Source of the DNA: Octopus bimaculoides
Taxonomy: Eukaryota
DNA length: 64,000 nt
Direction of reading: 5' to 3'
NCBI RefSeq assembly: GCF_001194135.2
Contig: NC_068993.1
Coordinates: 53,532,017-53,596,016, forward strand
Below the pieces are notes generated by a model. That model worked only from the letters and a program-made list of their open reading frames with translations. It did no database searches and was not told where the DNA came from. The translations under genes and the position numbers were made by a program. Of this stretch, positions 10,925 to 22,449 are shown one piece after another; positions within the stretch are counted from its first letter, which is position 1, and each line of letters begins with the position of its first letter.

Positions 10925-11160
10925 TGGCTACAACGATTGACAGACAGTAACAACTTGGGTAAGTGATGTGAAGTAGATTTTAACCAATGACTGCTCGTTA
11001 TCACTGAAAGAAATCGAGTAACCTCTTTTAGGTAGATGAAGTAACCACTGACAAATCGTGACCATAGACAAACTGTAAATACTGAGAGAGAGAGAGAGAG
11101 GATAACAGTTAAGAGACACAGACTAATCACTAAGGTTAACAGTCAACAGTTAATAACCAC
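10540..11160. repeat. Degenerate AACCAC/GACA-rich array with embedded (TA)n/(GA)n
   Basis: AACCAC(TGA/AG) at ~10638, 10654, 10669, 10686, 10768, 11043, 11155. Confidence 0.65.
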
Positions 11161-11744
11161 TTAGCTGTAATTGTTAAAAAGCTGAACTTTAACCATACCT
11201 AATTATTTCTGCTCCGTATTTGTAATCTAAATGTGCTTGAATGACATTTCATATCTTCAGAAACACACAAATAACTAACCCCGTTCCATCCTTATACAGA
11301 CTCAAACATTAACTGTAGATTAATTACTCTATAAATCACAAAACATCAGTTTTACTTCAACTCACATTTTATCAACTCAAATTTTAATTCAGTGAAATTA
11401 TTGACTAAATTTCTGACAATTCTTTTGATGTGATGAATATATAATTTATTTAGAGTTCTGATTTTGCTAAACAAGGATCTACTTAAATTGTAATCCCAAT
11501 GAGAGCTTGCTGTCACACAAACAGAGATAAGCTGTCTGTCGAGATCTACTGGTGAACGTGTGAGAACTAATTTTGCCGTAATTTATGTCTCTTGAGAAAA
11601 CATTTCACTGATCTGCAATATATAAATCCAGTAAGGATTTATGGATAATGTGTTGATAAACAGTCTTAATTCTGTTGAAATCTTTGCACTTTATTGACCA
11701 GGATCCAGTCAGACACATTGTTGTAGCCATGATAGAAATAGCTT

Positions 11745-11925
11745 TAAGGTGGCGTGCCGGCAGAAACGTTAGCATGCTGGGTGAAATGCTTAACGGTATT
11801 TTGTCTGTCTTTACATTCTGAGTTCAAATTTCACCGAGGTCGACTTTGCCTTTCATCCTTTTGAGGTTGATAAATTAAGTACTCCCCCCAAATTTCGGGC
11901 CTTGTGTCTAGAGTAGAAAAGAATA
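11745..11925 (+). mobile_element. SINE family A
   Basis: AAGGTGGCGTGCCGGCAGAAACGTTAGC..GAGTTCAAATTTCACCGAGGTCGACTTTGCCTTTCATCC..CTAGAGTAGAAAAGAAT. Confidence 0.85.
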
Positions 11926-12675
11926 TTCTTTAAAGGCGGCGAGCTGGCAGAAACATTAGCATGGCCGCAGTCCAATGAGTAAAACATGCAAAAAATAGAA
12001 AGATAGACTTTGTCAATAATAGAAATGGCGGACATATTTTTATTTAAACAATATAACATACTTATGGCTCACAATTAATTAGAAGTAAGTTTAATGAAAA
12101 GTGAGTTTAATAATCAAAATGAAATTATTGATTATTTTTTTTAAAACACGTCCAAAATTTTGTGATTGTTTTTGTCGATGTTCAGGTGATACGTAGTCTG
12201 CATTCGAACTCGTGCATAATGACTGCGAAAGGCCCCGCCAAAATATCAAGGATTAAATCCCCTTCTTATCTCAGATGTCCTAACAATGACATGTTCACAC
12301 ACGGAGCATATTATTTTCCCTATTTCTGATCTCACACATCGAATGACAGACATAGATGGAAGCAAAACCAGCCAACGCTGAAGTGTTTCGAAATACCTAA
12401 TTGCTAATGGACGGGTTTGTTCTTGACTGTCACTGCCAAAACGGGGTTAAACTGCACTACCCCGCTACACACACAACACACGCAGAAGGCTGTTGTTGCT
12501 CGAGTCTCAGTCAACCCTGATCGAGCTGACCCCATAGTCAAAGCCGTTCCAGCCGAGACTATCCTGTATTGCATTTTCAAGTCTCCAAAGCCCTTCCTTC
12601 CGTTTCTTTTTAAAAATAAAGACGACCTGGGTGTAATTTGAAGGGCACTTAGATGCTATTATGAAGGTGTTGAAA

Positions 12676-13355
12676 AAGGCGGCGAGCTGGCAGAATCGTT
12701 AGCACGCCGGGCGAAATGCTTAGCGGCATTTCGTCTGTCTACGTTCTGAGTTCAAATTCCGCCGAGGTCGACTTTGCCTTTCATCCTTTCGGGGATCGAT
12801 AAATTAAGTACCAGTTGAGTATTGAAGTCGATCTAATCGACTGGTCCCTTCCCCCAAATTTCGGGACTTGTACCTAGAGTAAAACAGATTATTAAGGTAT
12901 TGAAAAGCCAGGCAGCTGTCAGAACTGTTACTACGTTGGACCACAAGCTCAGCGGCATTTTGTCAGTCGCTATGTCCTGAGTTCAAATTTCACCGAGGTC
13001 AACTTTGCCTTTCATCCTTTCGGGGTCGATAAAATAAGTACCAGCTGAGCATTAGGGTCGATGTAATCGACTTAGCCCCTCCCTCCAAACTGCTGGCCTC
13101 GTGCCAAAATTTGAAACCAATATTAACACGCTGAGTAATGCAGCAAGCTGGCAGAATCGTTTGTATGCCGGATAAAATACTCAGCGACAATTCTTCCGTC
13201 TTTACGTTCTGAGTTCAAATTTCGCCGAGATCAATTTTGTCTTTTATCCTTTCGGGGTCGATGAAATAAGTACCAGTTGAGCACTGGGGTCATTGTAATC
13301 GACTTATCCCCTGCCCACAAAAATGCTGGCCTTGTACCAAAATTTGAAACCAATA
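12676..13355 (+). mobile_element. Three tandem head-to-tail SINE family A copies
   Basis: Units at ~12676-12890, ~12895-13125, ~13135-13355, each with B-box GAGTTCAAAT and central CATCCTTTCGGG block. Confidence 0.9.
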
Positions 13356-14374
13356 TTACTGCGTTTCGCGACATGACATTAAACGCTTTGATTTTGCTGC
13401 CAAGATGATGTCCTTGTATTTTTCTTCTTAATCACTCTGGCTCAATAGAAAGAAATCCGTTAATGCTCTGATCTTGTTCAATGTTTTATGATCTTAGGCT
13501 TCTCATCTGCTTCTGTGTTCTTAAGTAAAGATCAAAACCAAAGTACTTCTTCACACTTTTAGAATCAACCTGTAAAACACCCAAAACAGTCTGTAGATTA
13601 GTCACACTTTAGCTCCAAATCTACCTGATCGGGTAGATTTAGTGCCACGACTACCTAAATATTGGTTGTAGGAAATAATGTTAAGTATTTCATTTAATAT
13701 CGTATGCCTATAAAGTAACAACAGCGATGACGGTGGCGGCGGCGACCTGCACCACCATTACTACAAAATCAACAACTCCAGTGCCATCACACCTTCAGTA
13801 TCTCCACTAGTGCCCCTAACAACCCGATCAAAACCGTCACCAGTAATAACAAAATCGACAATAATATTTACTTGTAATCTCTGACCCCTTCTTTCTCTTT
13901 CTTTCTCCCTTCTTGACTTCCCCTCGTCTCTCTCTTCTTCGTGCCTTTTCTTTTATTTCTCCCTTTTATATCACCTTCTCTTTCAAGGTAAATAGCAACG
14001 TTATGTCTCAAAATATTCAGTTCACAGAAGAGAAGTAAGTTGTATTTTATCTGCGATATTATTATAGCGTCTTAGGTTAATGCAGTGGAGAACTTAGCAA
14101 CGGTTAGGAACTTAGTGCCGTAGAGATTACAATGATTCTAAACACTGATTCCTTTTGATAGAATAACGATGATTACATTGAGTGCAAATGTAATCTGGAA
14201 CTTTATGAAAATGGCGATGTGTTTGAACATGATGCAAAAGTCAAGTGGTGCAATGTTTATAAATAGGAGAGAACTTCTCAGAACACATTTCGGCAGGAAT
14301 TACCACCAGACCGTGGAAGACTTTCTACAATACACTCGCATTTTTCAATCAATTCTCAGCCAAGCTGAATAACT

Positions 14375-14431
14375 ATGAGGGAGATTGTTCATATGCAAGC
14401 TGGACAGTGCGGGAACCAAATTGGTGCCAAG
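14375..14431 (+). CDS. TUBB: beta-tubulin exon 1 (codons 1-19)
   Basis: [19 protein letters not shown] then AAG|gtaaat; MREI N-terminus; intron after codon 19 is a conserved beta-tubulin position. Confidence 0.98.
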
Positions 14432-14625
14432 GTAAATATTCATAGTTTCGTTTCTCTAGGTTAACGGTTTGTTACTTAGACTGGTTCTCTGAAGTCTTAT
14501 ACAACTCGGTATTATTAAATACTATTTTGTAACTCAGGTGCAAGGCCTACAGTTTTGAAAGGAGATGATTTGATCAATACTATTGATTCCTGTACTTGAC
14601 TAGTGCTTTATTTCATTGTTCTCCT

Positions 14626-14840
14626 GAGGTAGCGAGCTAACGGAATGGTTAGCACGCAGGCCAAAATGCTTAGCGGCATTTCGTCCGTCATTACGTTCTG
14701 GGTTCAAGTTCCACCGAGGTCGACTTTACGTTTCATCCTTTCGAGGGTCGATAAAATAAGTACCAGTGGAGTACTGGGGTCAATATAATCGACTACCCAT
14801 TCCCACAAAATTTCAGGTCCTGTGCCTAGAGTAGAAAAGA
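14626..14840 (+). mobile_element. SINE family A in tubulin intron 1
   Basis: GGTAGCGAGCTAACGGAAT..GGTTCAAGTTCCACCGAGGTCGAC..TGTGCCTAGAGTAGAAAAG. Confidence 0.85.
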
Positions 14841-14844
14841 TTAT

Positions 14845-15125
14845 TTCATCGATCTCAAAGGAATGACAGGCAAAATTAAACTCGGCGGGATTTAAACACA
14901 GAGTCTAAAAAAATCAGATCAAATACCGCAAGTTATTTTGTTCAGTACTCTAACGATACTGTCATACTACAGCCTTTAATTGTTTCTAACATAACCATTA
15001 GACCCTAAAATTTTGTGGGGAAGGGTTAGTCAATTAAATTGATCCTCAGAACATGCCTGGTACTTTATTTTATCGACCACAAAACAAGGAAAAAGCAAAG
15101 TCGACCTCAGCCTGCCAGCTCACTT
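14845..15125 (-). mobile_element. Two partial SINE family A copies, antisense
   Basis: Reverse-complement family blocks at ~14845-14990 and ~14995-15125 (GGTAC..TTTTATCGAC; AAAGTCGACCTC; CTGCCAGCTC). Confidence 0.65.
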
Positions 15126-15789
15126 TCTAATAACGATTAATAGTAATTCTTTTTGATAATAATGATTTATTTATTGAAAATATTAATAATTATAATAGCA
15201 AAGCTACTTATCAACCTTTCATAGAAACGTCCAGAATTCAAAGAGACAATTGTTAATATATATATATATATATATACATACATACATATATGTATATATA
15301 TATATACATATATATATTTACACAGACACACACACACACACGCACACAAAGGCAGGGAGAGAGAAAGCGAGAGAAAGAGAGAGAGAGAGAGCAATATATA
15401 TATATATATAAATTTTAAACTGCTTGGAAATCGTTCGCAATCTAAATTAAAGGGAGATAAGTCTTTAATAGTCTGGAGAAGTTATCTTTCTTGTATTGCA
15501 GGGCGGCAGCGTTAAGCAGTGTTGTGTATAAAATATAAGGTTATTACCAGTTCAAGAATGCCTGGGGCAGATTCGAACCTGTAAGAAAGTTATTCACTGC
15601 GTTTTGTCATGGAGAAAATTGGAGAGAAACTTTATCCATGACCAAACACAGTAATTTGAATTTGAATTAGTAATAAACCTTGAACGTGCAATAAACCTTG
15701 TATGTATGTATACTTTTTGTAGTGTACAAAAAACACACGCAGAGACATACAGATACAAACATGCTTGCACATGCATGCGTGCGTGCGTA

Positions 15790-15828
<39 letters not shown>

Positions 15829-15990
15829 TACAGACGTGATCCCCCACCACCTGTTATGGGAAATAGCCGACAACCATTCATTCACTGCCTTAGTAATTCA
15901 CGAGAACAGAATCCTTTTTAACCTGCGGATAGCTTTCAAGAACAATTTTTTCGCTGAACATTTTCATTTTTCGGCACACAGAAAAATATA

Positions 15991-16207
15991 CAGAGTTGCC
16001 CAAAAGTAGGTTTACAGCTATCACGGAGGCACCTTAAATTTCTTTTAAAACGTTTTATTACATTTAAATTTCTATTCTACAATTAACTAAATTAGCATAG
16101 AATAATGGTTTCGTATTTTTTTATAATTAATATCTAAACTGTTAATTAAGATCTAAACTGTTAAAGAGATAGTTGAATAACTGTAAACCTACTTTTGGTC
16201 CACCCTG
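15991..16207. mobile_element. Tc1/mariner-type MITE, 217 bp
   Basis: 27-bp TIRs CAGAGTTGCCCAAAAGTAGGTTTACAG / CTGTAAACCTACTTTTGGTCCACCCTG (3 mismatches), TA on both sides (15989-90, 16208-09), AT-rich interior. Confidence 0.88.
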
Positions 16208-16459
16208 TATATTCTACAACAGTGGTTGTTAACCTAATTGGAGGTACTGAACCCTGCAAGCTTCGTCAGTGCATTCACCGAACCTTTCGTAACTGGAAAA
16301 ATAAAATACGATTTCTTCAAAACATAGGTTTATTTTTTATTAGTGCACAAAATGAACCATGCATCAGCTGCACACAAAATCACTGTGTTCGAAGAACAAA
16401 ACCAACAAAACATGAATTTAACACAAAAACATAACTCAGTGAATGTTTATTGCAAATAA

Positions 16460-16870
16460 ACGTGACTTTTACTGTTGCTTTTCAAATACAAATTCAGAAA
16501 TGCGCGGCTTTCCTTCGGCGAGTGTCACTCTCAAATAATTTTCGCAACGAAGTCTGTTCCTTTTCTTAGTTTTCATGTCTACCATCCTTGAAAAGGATTG
16601 CTCGCAAAATACGTTGTGACAAACGGTGTGAGTTATGTCAAAAGGTTTTCTCAGGAATAAAAGGGTATGGTATGATTTGGTGACACCAAAACATTGAGAG
16701 CCTTGTTGTTCTGAAGAGTTGCTGTTGAAGTTGGCTCTGCTGAAGTTCAATGATTTCGTTGAGGTATTCATCGTGGACATCTGCTGTTGCAACACTAAAC
16801 GTGAACGGCTGTCTCGCCCATGCTGGATATGACTCTCTGGTGGGGCATCTAAATGCAAGGCAATTGCTTG
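16460..16870 (-). mobile_element. hAT (Buster/SPIN/ZBED5-like) transposase C-terminal remnant, frameshifted
   Basis: CEQSFSRMVDMKTKKRNRLRCENYLRVTLAEGKPRISE resembles the hAT dimerisation domain; WARQPF..LNEIIELQ..LSMFWC..YP in an adjacent frame. Confidence 0.75.
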
Positions 16871-17689
16871 TTTCAGCTCCTCAGGTACAGAAATGTCTTC
16901 AATTCCAGATATGTTTCGAGCTTATTGTGATCTCATCTGTGAGGCAAAGATTTCATCGCACTTACAAATGTAGTAACGAGAGGATCGATAAATAAATGTA
17001 CAAGTCTGTACATTGATTATCGTTGGAAAATGGTTTTGGTTTGGGAATAAATAAAGCCAACAAGTCCTAACATAAAGATGAGTAACATGCTCTATTACTA
17101 AGATATTAACATACGTTAACCCTAAAATCTATTATTTGGCAATGCAACATCGTATACGAAGATCACACACGCACACACAAATACACATCCACACACACAC
17201 ACACACACACAACGGACTTCTTTCAATTTCCGCATACCAAATCCACTTACAAGTCTATGGTTGACCCGAGGCTAGAAGGCACACAATGGGAAAGAACCCG
17301 GGACAATGTGGTTGAGAAGCGATCTCCGTATCACGCACACAGATAAAAATGCACGATGGCTTCCAGATGATAGGCCTCCATTAACTCAGGTCACATGGTG
17401 TTGTATTTGTCCGAAAGCGACACCAGTTCCATTCTTTTAGTCTTAGGAATTGATGTCGCTTTCAGATCAATAATATATTACATCACATAAAAGAGCTGAG
17501 TCACCAAGCAGAACAATAATTTCCCATAGTCGCAATGTAATTTAAATCGTAATTCGTTCCCAGAAGAATATTTTACCAGTAAAATTTATAATACTCGTAA
17601 ATAAGTGGCTATAAAAAACAATAGTAGAATGTAAAGAATATTTTATGTAAAGTAAAAAGAATGTAAAAATCATTTATAATAAAAAAAAT

Positions 17690-17985
17690 TATTATTATTA
17701 TAATCATTTTCTGAATCACTTTCACTCGCACTAAACTCGTGCATACCATCACCTGTAGACGCGATTGCCGATTCACAAGCACTCGTAGACGGACTTGTAG
17801 ATTTCTTTTCAGAAAACAAGTCTAGAGTTGTTTGCTTAGAAGAAGCTTTTTTTCGCTCTCAATAAATTTTTCGCGAACACGCAGAAGCATTTGTTATGGT
17901 GGTAGAGACTTTTGCATTTCATTTGTTCTGGTTCTTCAGGCTCTGCTTTCAAATCCATCGAGGTCATCTTTCCCCGCCTGGCTAT
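17690..17985 (-). mobile_element. Tigger/pogo transposase C-terminal remnant
   Basis: VSTTITNASACSRKIY*ERKKASSKQTTLDLF resembles Tigger C-terminal ..IACYREI..E(K/R)K..QT(S/T)L..F. Confidence 0.55.
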
Positions 17986-18994
17986 ATTTAGTAGCCAAGC
18001 CTCCCTTAAATAAACGCGGTACCATTCTTAAAAATACTCACAGGGTCATAGAAAATAGACGGGTTTGTCACAACTGAGACACTATTGCTGATGGGTCTTC
18101 TGTACCAGAATCGACCTGAGCTAAATAACAACGCAAAAGGATCGATAGAATAAAGCACTGACGTCAGTTACATTGGCTAACCCCCTCCCCTCAAAATTGT
18201 TGATCTTGTGCCTAAATTAGAGATCTTTATGTATTGTTTCTATTGTTTTCGGTTCATATTGCTTTGCGTAAACGTTCGACGTTTCAAATTATTTCGTGCT
18301 ATTTCCATCTGTATTATTGTATTGTGTTTGTATTTATATATACCCACTGACAAGAACAACGCTGTAGAAACGAAAATAGCAAGCATAGAATAATTCTAAT
18401 AATGTTATATTTATCTCAGTTTGTCATCGTTGATAAATATTGCTGGAATCTTTGGCATTCCTTCGCACCTTCAACAATTGATGACTTTCTTTTTGTTTGT
18501 CCTAATAGAACATAGCGGCCACACACAGACACACACATACACACAGAGACACACACATACACACAGAGACACACAAACACAGTAGCACACACAGACATAC
18601 ACACACGTATACAGAGAGAGAGAGATTGGGAGTAAATGTACCATGTACGTGTTCACGGGGTAGAACTTAACACACAAGTCTTAACAAATACCTCGTTCGT
18701 TCAAGCTTCGAGGATGACGAATTATCAATAAAGAGAGGTATTTAGCTTTCAGTGCTTTCTGAAAGTTCACTGAACCTTGTTGTCAATCAATTGACGGGAT
18801 GTTTAGGGAACTCATGGGTGGCTATCTGATTAATCTTTTACAGCTTGTTTGTAAATAAATTAACTCAATCTATGAATTAATTGCGATATATTAACTATGT
18901 ATACAGTTGGTTTGTGGCGTTGGTATTGAGGTAGGGCCGAGCCTTTTGTTGTGGACGCCCTGAGTATACAGAAAGAAAAGGGAAATAAAATGGC

Positions 18995-19372
18995 TGGCAT
19001 TCCGTCGGTTACGACGACGAGGGTTTCAGTTGATTCGACGAACGGAGGTGCCTGCTCGTGAAATTTAGTATAAGTGGCTGAGTACTCCAGAAACATGCGT
19101 GCCCTGTCTCGGATATGAAACGTTGTAACAAAATCAGTGCTGGCTTCAATTTTTATACAAAATTTGTGATACTTCTCAGGGAAATTCAGCGCGACACAGA
19201 ATGTGACAAGGCTGACCCCTTTGAAATATAGGTTCTATTCATTTTTGCCAGCTGAATGGACTAGAAAAATGTGGAAAAAAATGTCTTGTTCTAGGACAAT
19301 GCACCACTGAGATTCGACCTCATAACCTTCCGATCGTGAGCCGAATACCTTAACCACTAAGCCACGCGCCTT
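18995..19372 (-). mobile_element. Family C body with family D-like tRNA head (degenerate)
   Basis: GGCATTCCGTCGGTTACGACGACGAGGG..GTGACAAGGCTGACCCCTTTGAAAT..TTAACCACTAAGCCACGCGCC. Confidence 0.65.
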
Positions 19373-19529
19373 GAGTAAACTAAATTTTCGGCGCCATTAC
19401 ATATAGAAAATTTTGATATGGAGTGGTAACAGCGACTGCAGAAATAAACTGTTATAGTTTAATTAATTGTAACATTAAAATATTTTATTTCATTTTACTT
19501 ATTGCTATTATTATTCATTATTACGAAAG

Positions 19530-19715
19530 CAGCGTGTTGATAAAATCGTTAGCACGTCTGTGTTTACATTATGAGTTCAAATTCCGCCGATGTCGACTTT
19601 GCCTTTAATTTTTTTTTCGGAGTCGATAAAATAAGTACGAGTTACGTACAGGGGACGCTATAATCGACTAGTCCCTCCACCAAAATTTTAGGCCTTGTAC
19701 CTTTAGTAGGAAAGA
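19530..19715 (+). mobile_element. SINE family A (5' degenerate)
   Basis: AATCGTTAGCACG..GAGTTCAAATTCCGCCGATGTCGACTTTGCC..GGCCTTGTACC. Confidence 0.75.
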
Positions 19716-19834
19716 TTATTATTCCCTTGTAGACCCATTAGATAGCATTTCTTCCAGTTTTTTACGTTTTGAGTTCAAATTCCACTGAGGTTGACTTTGC
19801 TTTTCATCCGTTCGGGGGTCGTTAAATATGTATA

Positions 19835-20235
19835 TATTTGTGTGTCTGTGTTTGTCCCCCCACCATCGCTTGACAACCGAGGTTGGTGTGTTTACGTCCC
19901 CGTAACTTAGCGGCTCGGCAAAAGAGCCCAAGAAGTCCTGGGGTCGATTTGTTCGACTAAAACAAAAATATGTACGTGTGCGTATGTGTGTGTATTTGTC
20001 CCCCCACCACTGCTTAACGACGATGTTGATTTGTTTACGTCCTCGTGACATAGCAGCTCGGCAAAAGAGACCAACAGAATAAGTACCAAGCTTAAAAAAA
20101 AAAAAAAACGTTCTGTGGTTGATCGGTTCGGCTAAAATTCTTCAAGGCGGTGCTCCAGGATGGCCGCAGTCGGATGGTTGAGACAAATAGAAAATAAAAG
20201 ATAAAATAATTGATTGGGAGGATAAATGCAATGCG
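19835..20235 (+). mobile_element. SINE family B 3' half, rearranged/interrupted
   Basis: TTTGTCCCCCACCATCGCTTGACAACCGA..CCCCGTAACTTAGCGG occurs twice; GGCGGTGCTCCAGGATGGCCGCAGTC tail. Confidence 0.7.
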
Positions 20236-20479
20236 TAGATATTGACCACCGGACATAAAGACAGAGTGTATACATTTACGAGACACACTGACACAGCGTG
20301 TAGATAGATATTCACCGGATAGACGGAGACATTGTAGAGATGTTATCTAGATAAATAGAGAGAGTGTGTGTGTTATGGCTAGACCAGCATGTTGTGTATT
20401 TATTGATTAAATGGAGACACTATGTGGGTGTTAACGAGATAGATGTAGTTTGAAGATATAAACAACTATATAAAAATTC

Positions 20480-20930
20480 ATTCCACTTAATCTTGCTGCT
20501 TATCTCGTAATTGTATCTTGTTCTTGGTCTATTGAAGAAAGCATCTTTTTTCGTGTTTGTGATTTCCAGGAGGTTATTAGTTTCATCGAAAAACAGTTGT
20601 CTCTTTAGGACGCATGCTAAGTCCTCATTAGAACATTAAAATATTCTCATTGATGTTCGTGTTATCACACAACAAAATCATTAGAACATTTGTATATTTT
20701 GGATATTTCGATCGATAAACGGTTTTCAAACTCTCCGAATGTTCTCTTAGAGCCGGTTGATATCAGATTCTTTCCTATAATCATTCTTCATTCAGCACCA
20801 CTTTCCAAGTTTTGCGCATGTCACACCTACAAACTTCCGTTCGATGACATTAAAATTGCTTTTAATGCTGCAACTTATCAAGATATCGTGTTTATTGTAT
20901 CATGTGATATACCATCAGAAAGGGAAATTT
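20480..20930 (-). mobile_element. Possible highly decayed Penelope-like GIY-YIG endonuclease remnant
   Basis: Fragments in shifting frames, in expected order: ERKFVGVT, RTFGEFENRLSIEISK, PP..KRCFLQ*TK. Confidence 0.35.
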
Positions 20931-21015
20931 ACTGAGCGGTAGCATATTACATAAGTATTGATCACGCCCTTCCCACTTCCCTGCACATGCTGTTTCCAGT
21001 AGAGTATTATATGCT

Positions 21016-21160
21016 TTAAAATTTTGGCACAAGGCCGGCAATTTCTGGGGAAGGGTAAGTCGATTACATCGATCCTGTTACTCAAGTGGTACTTATTTTA
21101 TCGACCCCGAAAGAATGAAAGGCAAAGGGGACCTCGGCGGAATTTGAACTTAGAACGTAA
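21016..21160 (-). mobile_element. SINE family A, 3' two-thirds
   Basis: GGCACAAGGCC..GGTACTTATTTTATCGACCCCGAAAGAATGAAAGGCAAAG..GAATTTGAACT. Confidence 0.8.
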
Positions 21161-21299
21161 AGCAGAGTATTATATGGTCATGCATTCAGAGGGAGAGAGG
21201 AAGTAGGGATGCTAGAAAAAGAATATTAGGACGAAAAATATTAAATTCGTTGTTGAAGATGAGTAGCATCTGTGATGTGGCGGAGGAAAAAGACGGAAG

Positions 21300-22100
21300 C
21301 AAAGAGAGAATTGTGATAGTCTTACTTGTCAGTCCGGAAAAGGGTCGCTCTCAACGTCCACGTGCTCTGTCTCGGTCTGCAAGATTCACTCAACGTCCAC
21401 GTGCGCTGTCCGTCGCTGTACAGTCTAACATACCTACTCTCGTGCGCTGTACGCCACCGACTAACTGCTTGCGCCTGGCTGACTCCGCAGACCCACTGCG
21501 GCCCTTCCGGTGGGACCCAGAGGCCCCCCACTTCTGACAGGACATACCTACGCCCTCACTTCTCTACAACACAGCCTGGCTCATAACACCACAGCATCAC
21601 AAGGTTTGTGTGGGCAACATCAGAGTTAAACAAACCGCTGAGAAGAAAGAAGTTTGGAGATGTGCCAAGCAACTTTTTATGGACGAAACTCTGGTGTAAA
21701 AAGCTGCGGTGATATACGAGGAACTGAATTCGGCTGATTGTATTACAAGAAAGCATTCAATTCTGGTCTTCACTCGGGGATGCAGAAGACCCTCGTCTAT
21801 CAAAATTGTAGAGACCGAAATCAGAAACGTAGAAAACTTACATTCGTCCTGGGCTACCATCGTGAAGTGATTAATAAGATTCTGTATTTCAGGAATACAT
21901 TCCAGCGAGACAGTCGCTGTGTGATTCTGTTTGGGTGAGGAAATTTGAATGGTACACAATTGATTTACGGGAAACGTCACCCTAATACGTAACTACTTTA
22001 TGAAGGATCTGAATGTCTATACTTCGATGAAGAAGAGCCTCGATCTGGTTGCAACATTCTTAAAAGATACAAAGGCATAAAAAGTAAACGACTCTCCCCA
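21300..22100 (+). mobile_element. Probable retroelement 5' region (CpG-rich leader + decayed ORF)
   Basis: GC/CpG-rich 21330-21560 with ~22-bp direct repeat CTCAACGTCCACGTGC(T/G)CTGTC, followed by stop-interrupted coding-like sequence. Confidence 0.35.
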
Positions 22101-22449
22101 GACACAACAAAGAAAGAGATTTGCCGGAATAAATGTTCGTGCTTGCTTGTAAAATGAAGAAAAAAATACAAACTAATATGGAAACATCTCTGTGAATGGC
22201 CTGAAGTCTATTTATACGTTAGAGAAACCGGCAAATCAGCTGTATGTCTTTATGGAGTAATGTGGACAAACCCAATTAAATCTACGAGGGTAGATTAGTG
22301 TCATTCCATTGTCCTTAATAAGGATATCCTCCTAATTAATTATTTCTTAACTTGGGTTGGCATATATTTGTTACGCTTTCACCAACGTATATAAGCTTAA
22401 CTGATCTAGGGATTGAACTGCCGTCCACAAACTAACAAAATTCTATTCA

